This document shows positions 29,122 to 37,166 of a stretch of DNA of 64,000 bases, piece by piece. The translations under genes and the position numbers were made by a program. Location: positions 132,480 through 196,479 of the forward strand of contig OZ253576.1 of assembly GCA_965262985.1 (NCBI GenBank), in the 5' to 3' direction. Positions within the stretch are counted from its first letter, which is position 1. Each line of letters starts with the position of its first letter. Origin of the DNA: Vicinamibacterales bacterium. Lineage in GTDB: Bacteria > Acidobacteriota > Vicinamibacteria > Vicinamibacterales > UBA8438. The notes under the pieces were generated by a model that saw only the letters and a list, made by a program, of their open reading frames with translations, was not told where the DNA came from and made no database searches.

Positions 29122-30549
29122 ATGGTCTGGCCCGAGGCCGGCGGCCGGATGGTCGATGTGTGGTACGAATTCCTGACCCGGCAGCTCGGGGTCGTCTATA
29201 TCTGGGCGGGTACCGCCGTGCTGGGGTTCGTGCTCTGGCTGGCCTTTGGCCGATACGGCGCCGTCGTGCTCGGCACGCCTGGCCAGCTGCCCCGGTTCTC
29301 GACCGCAAGCTGGGTGTCGATGTTGTTCTGCGCCGGGGTGGCGACAGGCATTCTCTACTGGGGCACCGTCGAGTGGGCGCACTACTACGTGGGGCCGCCG
29401 TTCGGCGTCGAGCCCCGATCGGCCGAGGCGGCCGAGTGGGCCGCGACCTACGGCATGTTCCACTGGGGTCCGACCGGGTGGGCGTTCTACTGTCTGCCGA
29501 CCCTGGCGATCGGTCATGCCTGCTACGTGGGCCGGCAACCGCACATGCGCGTGAGCAGCGCGTGCCACATGGTGTTGCGGCACGGGACGACCGGTGTCGT
29601 GGGACGGATCATCGACACCCTGTTCATCGTCGGGGTGCTCGGCGCCGCCGGCACCTCGCTGGGCTTCGGTACGCCGATGATCGCAGCCGGGCTCGGACGC
29701 CTGTTCGGGATCGACACCTCGTTCGGGCTGCAGGCGGCCGTCGTTGGCGTGTGTGCGCTGCTGTTCTCGGCAAGTGTGTATGTGGGGCTCGATCGGGGCA
29801 TCCGGCGGCTCAGCAATGTGAACGTCGCCATCACGAAGGTGTTCCTGGTCTTCGTCCTCCTGGCCGGGCCGACGTTGTTCATCCTCAAGATGGCGAGCAA
29901 CAGTGCTGGTCTGCTGGTGTATCAGTTCCTGCGCATGAACACCTGGACCGACCCGCTGGCCGATTCCCGGTTCATCGAGGACTGGACCGTCTTCTACTGG
30001 GCCTGGTGGATTGCCGTCGGTCCGTTCATGGGCATCTTCGTTGCGCGCATTTCTGAGGGCCGCACCATCCGGCAGGTCGTACTGGGGATGCTGGGGTGGG
30101 GCAGTCTGGGGTGCGCGGTGTACTACGGCATCCTGGGCAACTACGCGCTGCACCTGGAGTTGAACGGGCTGCTCGACGTGACCGGGCTGGTGTTCGAGCA
30201 GGGGGAACCGGCGGCGATTGCGGCCGTGATCGCCTCGCTTCCGGCCGGCGGGCTGGTGCTGGGCGTCTTCTGCGTCGCGAGTCTCGTGTTTCTCGCGACG
30301 ACCTACGACTCGGCGGCGTACGCGCTGGCGTCGAGTGCGTCCACCGGACTGACCCATGACGAGGAACCAGAGCGCTGGCATCGCATGTTCTGGGCCTTCG
30401 CGCTGGCCCTGCTGCCGCTGGCATTGATGCGGATAGGCGGGCTCGACCCGATGCGCACCGCCTCGCTGCTGGCGTCAGTGCCGCTGCTGGTCGTGTTCGT
30501 GATGATGGCGGTATCGCTGGTGCGCGCCCTGCGCGCGAGCGCAACGTAA
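29122..30549 (+). CDS. BCCT family (betaine/carnitine/choline) transporter; the N-terminus is problematic
   Basis: WVSMLFCAGVATGILYWG, EWAHYY and TVFYWAWWIA are BCCT signatures. The first in-frame ATG (29122) lies after a TM1-like segment encoded in the same frame at 29029-29121, and that stretch has no ATG, GTG or TTG. Confidence 0.8.
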   Translation: MVWPEAGGRMVDVWYEFLTRQLGVVYIWAGTAVLGFVLWLAFGRYGAVVLGTPGQLPRFSTASWVSMLFCAGVATGILYWGTVEWAHYYVGPPFGVEPRSAEAAEWAATYGMFHWGPTGWAFYCLPTLAIGHACYVGRQPHMRVSSACHMVLRHGTTGVVGRIIDTLFIVGVLGAAGTSLGFGTPMIAAGLGRLFGIDTSFGLQAAVVGVCALLFSASVYVGLDRGIRRLSNVNVAITKVFLVFVLLAGPTLFILKMASNSAGLLVYQFLRMNTWTDPLADSRFIEDWTVFYWAWWIAVGPFMGIFVARISEGRTIRQVVLGMLGWGSLGCAVYYGILGNYALHLELNGLLDVTGLVFEQGEPAAIAAVIASLPAGGLVLGVFCVASLVFLATTYDSAAYALASSASTGLTHDEEPERWHRMFWAFALALLPLALMRIGGLDPMRTASLLASVPLLVVFVMMAVSLVRALRASAT

Positions 30550-30558
30550 CCGAGCCGC

Positions 30559-31532
30559 GTAGGGGCAACCCTTGTGGTTGCCCTGACCGGTCGGGTATGC
30601 CGTAGGGGCAACCCTTGTGGTTGCCCTGTCCGGTCCGCGGTTGCCCTGTCCGGTCCGCGGCACGTGGTGCCCCCGGCGCGATGCGCGCCCCCCCGGCCGG
30701 CTCTGTCGCCGGCGGCCAGCGTAGGGGCAACCCTTGTGGTTGCCCTGTTCGGTCCGCGGTTGCCCTGTTCGGTCCGCGGTTGCCCTGTTCGGTCCGCGGT
30801 TGCCGTGTCGGGTCCGCGGCACGTGGTGCCCCCGGCGCGATGCGCGCCCCCCCCGGCCGGCTCTGTCGCTGGCGGCCAGCGTAGGGGCAACCCTTGTGGT
30901 TGCCCTGTCCGGTCCGCGGTTGCCTGTCCGGTCCGCGGTTGCCTGTCCGGTCCGCGGTTGCCTGTCCGGTCCGCGGTTGCCTGTCCGGTCTGCGGTTGCC
31001 TGTCCGGTCTGCGGTTGCCTTGTTCGGTCTGCGGTTGCCCTGTCCGGTCTGCGGTACGTGGTACCCCCGGCGCGATGCGCGCCCCCCGGCCGGCTCTGTC
31101 GCCGGCGGCCAGCGTAGGGGCAACCCTTGTGGTTGCCCTGTTCGGTCCGCGGATGCCCTGTCCGGTCCGCGGCGACCGTTGCGCTCGGCCCGTCCCGTGG
31201 GGTATCGCCAGCAGCGGGCACCCACAAGGGGTGCCCCTACAACGGATTCGGTACGCCGGGGCGGGCACCCACGAGGGGTGCCCCTACAACGGATTCGGTA
31301 CGCCGGGACGGGCGCCCACAAGGGGTGCCCCGACAACGGTGTCGTCACGCCGGGGCGGGCACCCACAAGGGGTGCCCCTACAACGGTGTCGTCACGCCGG
31401 GACGGGCGCCCACAAGGGGTGCCCCTACAACGGTGTCGTCACGCCGGGACGGGCGCCCGCGAGGTGCGCCCCTACCGATGATCGGGGACAAGGCGCCGCC
31501 GTGCAGCGTAGGGGCAACCCTTGTGGTTGCCC
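30559..31532. repeat. REP (repetitive extragenic palindrome) array upstream of the RAYT gene
   Basis: Six forward GTAGGGGCAACC-CTTGT-GGTTGCCC hairpins start at 30559, 30602, 30721, 30881, 31114 and 31508. Six inverted GGGCACCC-ACAAG-GGGTGCCCCTAC-type hairpins lie at 31215-31475. Tandem 19-20 bp sub-repeats are interspersed. Confidence 0.9.
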
Positions 31533-31546
31533 TGTCCGGTCTTGGT

Positions 31547-32173
31547 ATGAAAGTTGCGACCTTGGGAATGGCAATGGACTTGTTGGATCGCGACCATAAC
31601 CCAGACCACCTCCGCCAACGCCGCCGTCCGCTTCGCCTGAAGCGATACGACTACGCCCTGGCGGGCGCGTACTTCGTTACGATCGTTGTGCAGAACCGGT
31701 CGTGTCTTTTGGGTGAAGTTGTTGGCGAAGAGATTCGTTTGAACGACGCGGGGAAGCTGGCCCGCAGGGAGTGGGAGGCATTGCCGTACCGGTTCCCAAG
31801 CATCGATATTGACGCCTTTGTGATCATGCCGAATCATCTTCACGGTATCGCCATCATTGATCAATCCGTAAAGGCACCCACAGCGAGCGCCCCTACCCGG
31901 GACGGCATGACGGAAACGGTGGCAACTCCATCCAACAAGACAACCACAAGGGTATTCCCGACGTTGGGAGATGTGGTTGGCGCCTACAAATCCTTGACCA
32001 CGGTCGAATATGTGCGGGGCGTCAAAATGCTGGCATGGCCCCGGTTTTCAGACCGTCTGTGGCAACGCAATTACTACGAACACGTCATACGGCACGACGA
32101 GTCGCTGCGGGAAATCCGACAGTACATCCTCGACAACCCGGCGCGGTGGGCCCTTGACCCGGAGAACCGGTAA
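31547..32173 (+). CDS. REP-associated tyrosine transposase (RAYT; IS200/IS605 TnpA-like Y1 HUH enzyme)
   Basis: LRLKRYDYALAGAYFVTIVVQNR, the HUH motif VIMPNHLHGI and the Tyr motif RNYYEHVIR...IRQYILDNP are present. The start could be 31547, 31568 or 31574. The upstream part of track ORF 31127..32173 is REP translation. Confidence 0.85.
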   Translation: MKVATLGMAMDLLDRDHNPDHLRQRRRPLRLKRYDYALAGAYFVTIVVQNRSCLLGEVVGEEIRLNDAGKLARREWEALPYRFPSIDIDAFVIMPNHLHGIAIIDQSVKAPTASAPTRDGMTETVATPSNKTTTRVFPTLGDVVGAYKSLTTVEYVRGVKMLAWPRFSDRLWQRNYYEHVIRHDESLREIRQYILDNPARWALDPENR

Positions 32174-32206
32174 ACGCCCCACGCCCGGCTCTGTCGTCGG
32201 CGGCCA

Positions 32207-32621
32207 GTAGGGGCAACCCTTGTGGTTGCCCTGTCCGGTCCGTGGTTGCCCTGTCCGGTCCGTGGTTGCCCTGTCCGGTCCGTGGTTGCCCTGTTCGGTC
32301 CGTGGTTGCCCTGTCCGGTCCGTGGTTGCCCTGTTCGGTCCGTGGTTGCCCCTGTCCGTTCTGCGGTGCCCGTTGCCCACGGTCCGTCCTCCGGGGAGTC
32401 GCCAGCAGCGGGCACCCACAAGGGGTGCCCCTACAACGGTGTCGATCCGCCGGGGGCGGGCACCCACACGGGGTGGGCACCCACACGGGGCGGGCACCCA
32501 CACGGGGCGGGCACCCACACGGGGCGGGCACCCACACGGGGCGCCCCTACAACGGTGTCGATCCGCCCAAGAGGCACCGTTGTCGCGCCGTGCCATGTAG
32601 GGGCAACCCTTGTGGTTGCCC
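32207..32621. repeat. REP array downstream of the RAYT gene
   Basis: Forward GTAG hairpins start at 32207 and 32597. Between them are 6 x 20-bp tgtccggtccgtggttgccc repeats, inverted hairpins at 32409 and ~32525, and 5 x 17-bp gggcacccacacggggc repeats. Confidence 0.9.
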
Positions 32622-32645
32622 TGTTCCGTGCGCCGGCGCCAGGCG

Positions 32646-34109
32646 CTACGGCGTCCGGTCGGGGAGCCGGACGAACTCGATATCGCGCGCCTGGCCGGCC
32701 GACAGCGTGAAACCGACGACCGCGCCGCGCGCACTTCGTCTGAATTCCAGTGCCACCCGGCGCGGGCCGGTCCAGGCAGGGAAGTCGATGCCGGCGAAAC
32801 TGTCGCCACCAGTCCGGATCAGGACCAGCGGCGGCCAGCGTTCGATGCGGACGCTGAGCGCACCGTCGTCGAGACCGATGTGATGGCGCGCGTCCAGTTC
32901 CTCACTGTAGAAGCTGCCCTCGTAGTCTCCCGGGACGATCCGGGACGAGACAGCCGCCACCTCGCTGCGCTGGCCACGTCGGCGCGGCCGGGCACCGCCC
33001 GGCTCCTGAGCGGGCTCGAGATGATCTGCGAGGTAGAGATCGACGATGCCGTTCGCCAGCCGGCCCGGGTTCACGTCTTCACGATTGCAGAGCACCGCGA
33101 CGGAGAGTCCGTGGTCCGGAAACCGCACGAGCTGCGCGCGAAAGCCCCAGGTGCTGCCGCCGTGGCCGTTCGTGGCCAGGCTGCGGTACTCGCCGAGGGC
33201 GAGACCGGCGCCGTAGCGCGTCGCCTGGCCAGTGGCCAGTGTGCCGGGGGTCAGCATCACGGCGGTGAAGTCAGGACCGGCCACCTGATCCGTGGTGAAC
33301 GCGTGGCTCCAGCGCAGCAGGTCACCGACCGTGGTGTAGAGCTGGCCGTCACCCGCGGTGGCGAAGCTGTAGTTGTGAACCATCCGGAAGCCGTCGCCGG
33401 CCTCCGGGGCGTAGCCGGTCGCGCGGTGGGGCACGACCTGTTCGGCGTCCTCGTACAGGAAGGTGGCGGTCATGCCCAGCGGGTCGAAGATCCGCTCGCG
33501 GGCGAACGTGCCGAAGGTCTGGCCCGAGACGCGTTCCACGATGGTGGCCAGCAGCATGTAGCCGGTGTTGCTGTAGCTGTAGCGGTCGCCCGGTGGGCTG
33601 TTGAGGCCGCGCTGTCTGGCCAGCAGTTCGACGATGTCCAGGTGGCTGATCGGCGCGTAGAACTCCCGTCCGCCCAGCGCCATCAGGTTCAGGTAGTCAC
33701 GCACCCCGCTGGTGTGGTGCAGCAGGTGGTCGATCGTGATCGTCTGGCCGTAGTCCGGCAGTTCCGGCAGATAGGTCCGCACGTCGTCCCCGAGCGACAG
33801 TGCGCCGTCCAGCGACAACAGCACGATGCTCGCGGCGGTGAACTGCTTGGTGACCGATCCGACATCGAAGACGGTGTCCGGGGTGATCGCGACCCCGTGG
33901 TCGAGATTCGCGAGGCCGTAGCCCTGCCCGTAAAGGACGTCGTCGCCCCGCGCGACCCCGACGGCACAGCCCGGCGCCGTGGCCGCCACCTGCTCGCTGA
34001 CCAGCGCATCGACCTGTTCCCCGGTCGTGGGAGTCGCGGGGCCCGCGCACGCCGCCAAAGCCGCGGTCAGCAGGGCCGGAGCCGCGGCAGCGCATCTCTT
34101 CATGTTCAT
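32646..34109 (-). CDS. Serine hydrolase (beta-lactamase fold) lipoprotein with an extra C-terminal domain
   Basis: ATG 34109 overlaps the upstream stop as ATGA. The signal and lipobox are LLTAALAAC. The SxxK motif is GSVTKQFTA. YSNTGY is present. Confidence 0.85.
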   Translation of the reverse strand: MNMKRCAAAAPALLTAALAACAGPATPTTGEQVDALVSEQVAATAPGCAVGVARGDDVLYGQGYGLANLDHGVAITPDTVFDVGSVTKQFTAASIVLLSLDGALSLGDDVRTYLPELPDYGQTITIDHLLHHTSGVRDYLNLMALGGREFYAPISHLDIVELLARQRGLNSPPGDRYSYSNTGYMLLATIVERVSGQTFGTFARERIFDPLGMTATFLYEDAEQVVPHRATGYAPEAGDGFRMVHNYSFATAGDGQLYTTVGDLLRWSHAFTTDQVAGPDFTAVMLTPGTLATGQATRYGAGLALGEYRSLATNGHGGSTWGFRAQLVRFPDHGLSVAVLCNREDVNPGRLANGIVDLYLADHLEPAQEPGGARPRRRGQRSEVAAVSSRIVPGDYEGSFYSEELDARHHIGLDDGALSVRIERWPPLVLIRTGGDSFAGIDFPAWTGPRRVALEFRRSARGAVVGFTLSAGQARDIEFVRLPDRTP

Positions 34110-35383
34110 GGGGCGTCCTCGGCCAGATACGGAATCGTTTGCGGCCCTTCCGGCAATACACAGACCCGGGCGTTTGGTCCGCTGCGGTCGAGCGCGTCGA
34201 GGGTGGCGGCGCCGACATCGTCGATGGGTGTCAGATGCGCCGAGCGCACCTGCTCGTCCGAGAGGCCGCCGGCGTGCAACAACACCTGGGCCCGCTGCTG
34301 GATCTGGGCCTGGACCTGCACCTCCCACTGGTCGTGGCGATTGTGGCCCGGCGCGTTGATCATGTCCAGCAGCTCCTCCGCCGTGTCGCGCTGCGTCAGG
34401 ATGTCCAGATACTCGCCGTGGTCCGGGTAGCCATCCGCGCACTCGGCGGCGCACACGATGACCCCCCACGGTTTGACCACCTGGGCCGCCGCCGACATGC
34501 CCTTCACCGCCTGATAAAGGTTCTGGTCGAGCGGATAGCCGCTGTTCGTGGTGACCACGACGTCGAAGGGGGCCGAAAACGCCTGCATCGCGTTTCGCCT
34601 GACCACGGAGCGCACGGCGCGGTGCACATCGAACAACTCGCCGGCGGCAACATGGGTGATCTGCCGATCTCGATTGATGGCGACGTCGACGCTGAAATCC
34701 ACGCGGGACAGCGCCGCGATGCGGCGGATGCCGTCATGGATCGGATTGCCCTCGGTGATCCCCCAGCGGGCCCGCGGGCTGCGGATCATTTCGGCGTCGT
34801 GCAGACGCATGATCGTCTCGAACCCCGCCAGCCCGGGCGCCACCATCTTCGGGCCGCCGCTGAACCCGGCGAAGAAGTGCGGTTCGACGAACCCGGTCGT
34901 AATCCGGATGTCCGCGTCGGTCCAGGTCCGGTTCAGCCAGACCGGAATGCCCCCCTCCACCTCGCCGAGCGAGACGAGCTGGTCGTCGTCGAACGCGTCG
35001 TGCACGACGATGCGGTTGCGGTCGACGATCTCTTCGCCGAACATCTCGATGAGCTCGCCGCGGGTGGTCGCACGGTGGGTGCCGCTGGCGATCAGGATGG
35101 CGATCTGCTCGACCGGCACGTGCGACAGTTCATCCAGCAGAACCGGCAACAGGGTCGCGCTCGGCATCGGCCTGGTGATGTCGCAGACCGACACGGCGAC
35201 CGTCTGGCCGGCGCCGACCAGCTCGCGCAGCGGCGCGGTGCCGGTGGGACGGTTCAGCGCCCTGCGGATTGCTTCCTGCTGGTCCGGCAGCCCGGCGACG
35301 TAGGTCGGCTCGATGACCGTCGTTCGGTCGTCCGGAAACTCGACCGGCAGCCCGCATCGGCCGTAGGCGAGATTGACGAGCAT
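34106..35383 (-). CDS. LarA-like (nickel-pincer lactate racemase family, DUF2088) protein
   Basis: ggaggg precedes ATG 35383. VSVCDITRPMP, ASGTHR and FFAGFSGGPK are LarA-family patterns. Confidence 0.85.
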   Translation of the reverse strand: MLVNLAYGRCGLPVEFPDDRTTVIEPTYVAGLPDQQEAIRRALNRPTGTAPLRELVGAGQTVAVSVCDITRPMPSATLLPVLLDELSHVPVEQIAILIASGTHRATTRGELIEMFGEEIVDRNRIVVHDAFDDDQLVSLGEVEGGIPVWLNRTWTDADIRITTGFVEPHFFAGFSGGPKMVAPGLAGFETIMRLHDAEMIRSPRARWGITEGNPIHDGIRRIAALSRVDFSVDVAINRDRQITHVAAGELFDVHRAVRSVVRRNAMQAFSAPFDVVVTTNSGYPLDQNLYQAVKGMSAAAQVVKPWGVIVCAAECADGYPDHGEYLDILTQRDTAEELLDMINAPGHNRHDQWEVQVQAQIQQRAQVLLHAGGLSDEQVRSAHLTPIDDVGAATLDALDRSGPNARVCVLPEGPQTIPYLAEDAP

Positions 35384-35469
35384 GACGATTCTTCCCTCCG
35401 TGTCCCTGATCCTACCGTGTGGCACGGTCGACGCGTCCCGACCGCCCTTGGCGGGAGACCCGTCCGCCG

Positions 35470-36021
35470 TCACCGGTCGAGCAGAACTTTTCGGATCTGC
35501 GGCGCCGCCTCCCTCGCCCGCGCGTCGATGTCTTCGTCCGACAGCGTGCTCAAGGGATGGGTGATCACCACCGGGTCGAGACGCGCGGCGCCGAGCGCCG
35601 CACGCTGGACGTCCGCTTCATGCGCGAAGGCCCTGGTGATGATGACCGCGGCCGGGATGCCGCGTGTCTCCAATCCGACCGCGTCGTGCAGACTGCACGA
35701 CGTGCAGGACCCTCAATCGCCTATCGCGGTGATGACCGCGTCGTTCTCGGCGGCGATGCGGTCGAGCAGCGCATCCGGCGCCGCACGGGAAAAGCTGTCC
35801 TTCGCGTAGCGGTTGACGGCGGCCGGAGCGGCGTTCGCCTCGACGTGCGCCACGACCCGCCGCAACAGCGCCGACGCATTCCATTTCGCGTTGTCGAGCA
35901 CCCCGAGACGGATGCCATCGAGGCTGTCCAGACGCTGAGCCAGTGCGACGGTCGTCGCCGTGACGGCGCCGCGAGGATCGAACACCGTCTGGCCGGAGGG
36001 GAGAATGGAGTGGTTGCTCAT
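35470..36021 (-). CDS. UGSC-motif selenoprotein (in-frame UGA at 35713-35715 read as Sec), 183 aa
   Basis: Track ORFs 35713..36063 and 35470..35673 are in the same frame, separated by one TGA. Read-through gives ...AVITAIGD-U-GSCTSCSLHDAVGLETRGIPAAVII.... A hairpin lies 10 nt after the UGA. A full-length paralog is at 49004..49555. The start may instead be GTG 36063. Confidence 0.75.
35682..35715 (-). promoter_or_regulatory. Candidate bacterial SECIS element (UGA plus hairpin)
   Basis: On the minus strand the sequence reads UGA GGGUCCUGCA [CGUCGUGCA GUC UGCACGACG]. This is a 9-bp perfect stem with a GUC loop centred about 20 nt after the UGA. Confidence 0.6.
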
Positions 36022-36059
36022 GTGGCGCTCGGTTCCCACGCGGTCGCCGGTCGTGCGGG

Positions 36060-36797
36060 TCACCGCTTCGACGCGCTGAACGCCGTGATCGGCGCGTGGG
36101 TCAGAAAGTCGTCCCAGTAGCGGTCGTCCCGCTCTGACGGGTCCAGCGCGGCGTCGATCCAGCGGAAGTCGTGGAATCCGGCGTCGCGCGCCGCCGCCTC
36201 GTACGTGGCCGGAGCAAGGTAGTAGTTGTCGAACTCGAACGCCTGGTCGTCGTGGTTGGTCATGCGGTAGCGGATGGCCTCGCCTTCACGCGGAGGATGC
36301 GCGCAGGTCCGATCGAATCCGTACTTCGCCAGCGACACGCCCGGCCTGGGCGGGTTGCGGACGTTGTCGTTGAAGCCGACGAGCCGGCCGCCCGGCCGCA
36401 GTGCGCGGAAGCAGGCCTGGCAGAAGCGGTCCAGCTCCTCCCGGGTGCGGGCGTAGTTCAGCAGGTAGACGGCGGTTACGATGTCGACCGGCTCGGCCGG
36501 CGTGAATGCCCCCGCGTCCGCCTGGACGTACCGGCAGCCCAGCGGATCAGATCGCTCCTCGGCCTCGGCCAGCGCGATCATGCCTTGCGAGACGTCCACG
36601 CCGGTCACCTCCGCCGCGCCGGACCGCTTGAACTGGCGAGCGTAGACCCCTTCGCCGCAGGCCAGGTCCAGCACCGTCAGGCCCTGTAGATCGCCGAGCG
36701 CCTCGAACAGGGTGTATCGCTCGATGAAGTGGCGGAACAAGAGCCACTTCGAATCGCGGTAGCGTTCGGCGATGGCGTCGTATTCATGCCCGGTCAT
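36060..36797 (-). CDS. Class I SAM-dependent methyltransferase
   Basis: It starts MTGHEYDAIAERY at ATG 36797. VLDLACGEGVY is motif I. LRPGGRLV is present. Confidence 0.85.
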   Translation of the reverse strand: MTGHEYDAIAERYRDSKWLLFRHFIERYTLFEALGDLQGLTVLDLACGEGVYARQFKRSGAAEVTGVDVSQGMIALAEAEERSDPLGCRYVQADAGAFTPAEPVDIVTAVYLLNYARTREELDRFCQACFRALRPGGRLVGFNDNVRNPPRPGVSLAKYGFDRTCAHPPREGEAIRYRMTNHDDQAFEFDNYYLAPATYEAAARDAGFHDFRWIDAALDPSERDDRYWDDFLTHAPITAFSASKR

Positions 36798-36977
36798 GAC
36801 AACGATTCCCGGCGCGGCGCCCGGATACCGGGCCGGCCGCGCGCGCATGCAGGCTGCGTCCTGACCCCTGACCGCCGACGGTCTCTCCGGTGGGCGATGG
36901 AACAGGACGGCGATGTCCGTGACATCCTGCTACATCATACCTTCCTGCGAAACCCGCAAGATGGCTGCCGTCAACAT

Positions 36978-37156
36978 CCAGGAGCCTGCGGTGAAACCCC
37001 GCGTCGCACCGAGAACTGGTCGTAATAATGCCGTGCCCGGCCAGTATCAGGCGCGACGGGGGAGCACATTGGGGCATGTGTGACCGAGAAGCAACGCCGG
37101 CAGCCGGGATGCAGCGCCGTTCGAATGCAGCGGGGCGTTTGCCACGGGCTGCCAGG
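36978..37156 (+). mobile_element. MITE-like element, full copy (longer subfamily)
   Basis: The sequence runs ccaggagcctgcggtgaaaccccgcgtcgcacc...ggggcatgtgtgaccgagaagcaacgcc...gcggggcgtttgccacgggctgccagg. It lies between the stop of 37167..38279 and the methyltransferase gene. Confidence 0.85.
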
Positions 37157-37166
37157 CCACCACCCG

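Noticed and set aside
30026-32883. Many long ORFs on both strands cross the REP arrays, for example 30026..31366 (-), 30303..31268 (-), 30574..31599 (+), 32048..32809 (-) and 32242..32883 (+). They encode reiterated peptides such as GNHKGCPY, RATADRTG and VGATLVVAL.
   Set aside because: These peptides are just translations of the tandem hairpin repeats in several frames. The ORFs overlap one another in all frames and have no start context. Only the non-repetitive 31547..32173 segment has protein-like (RAYT) sequence.
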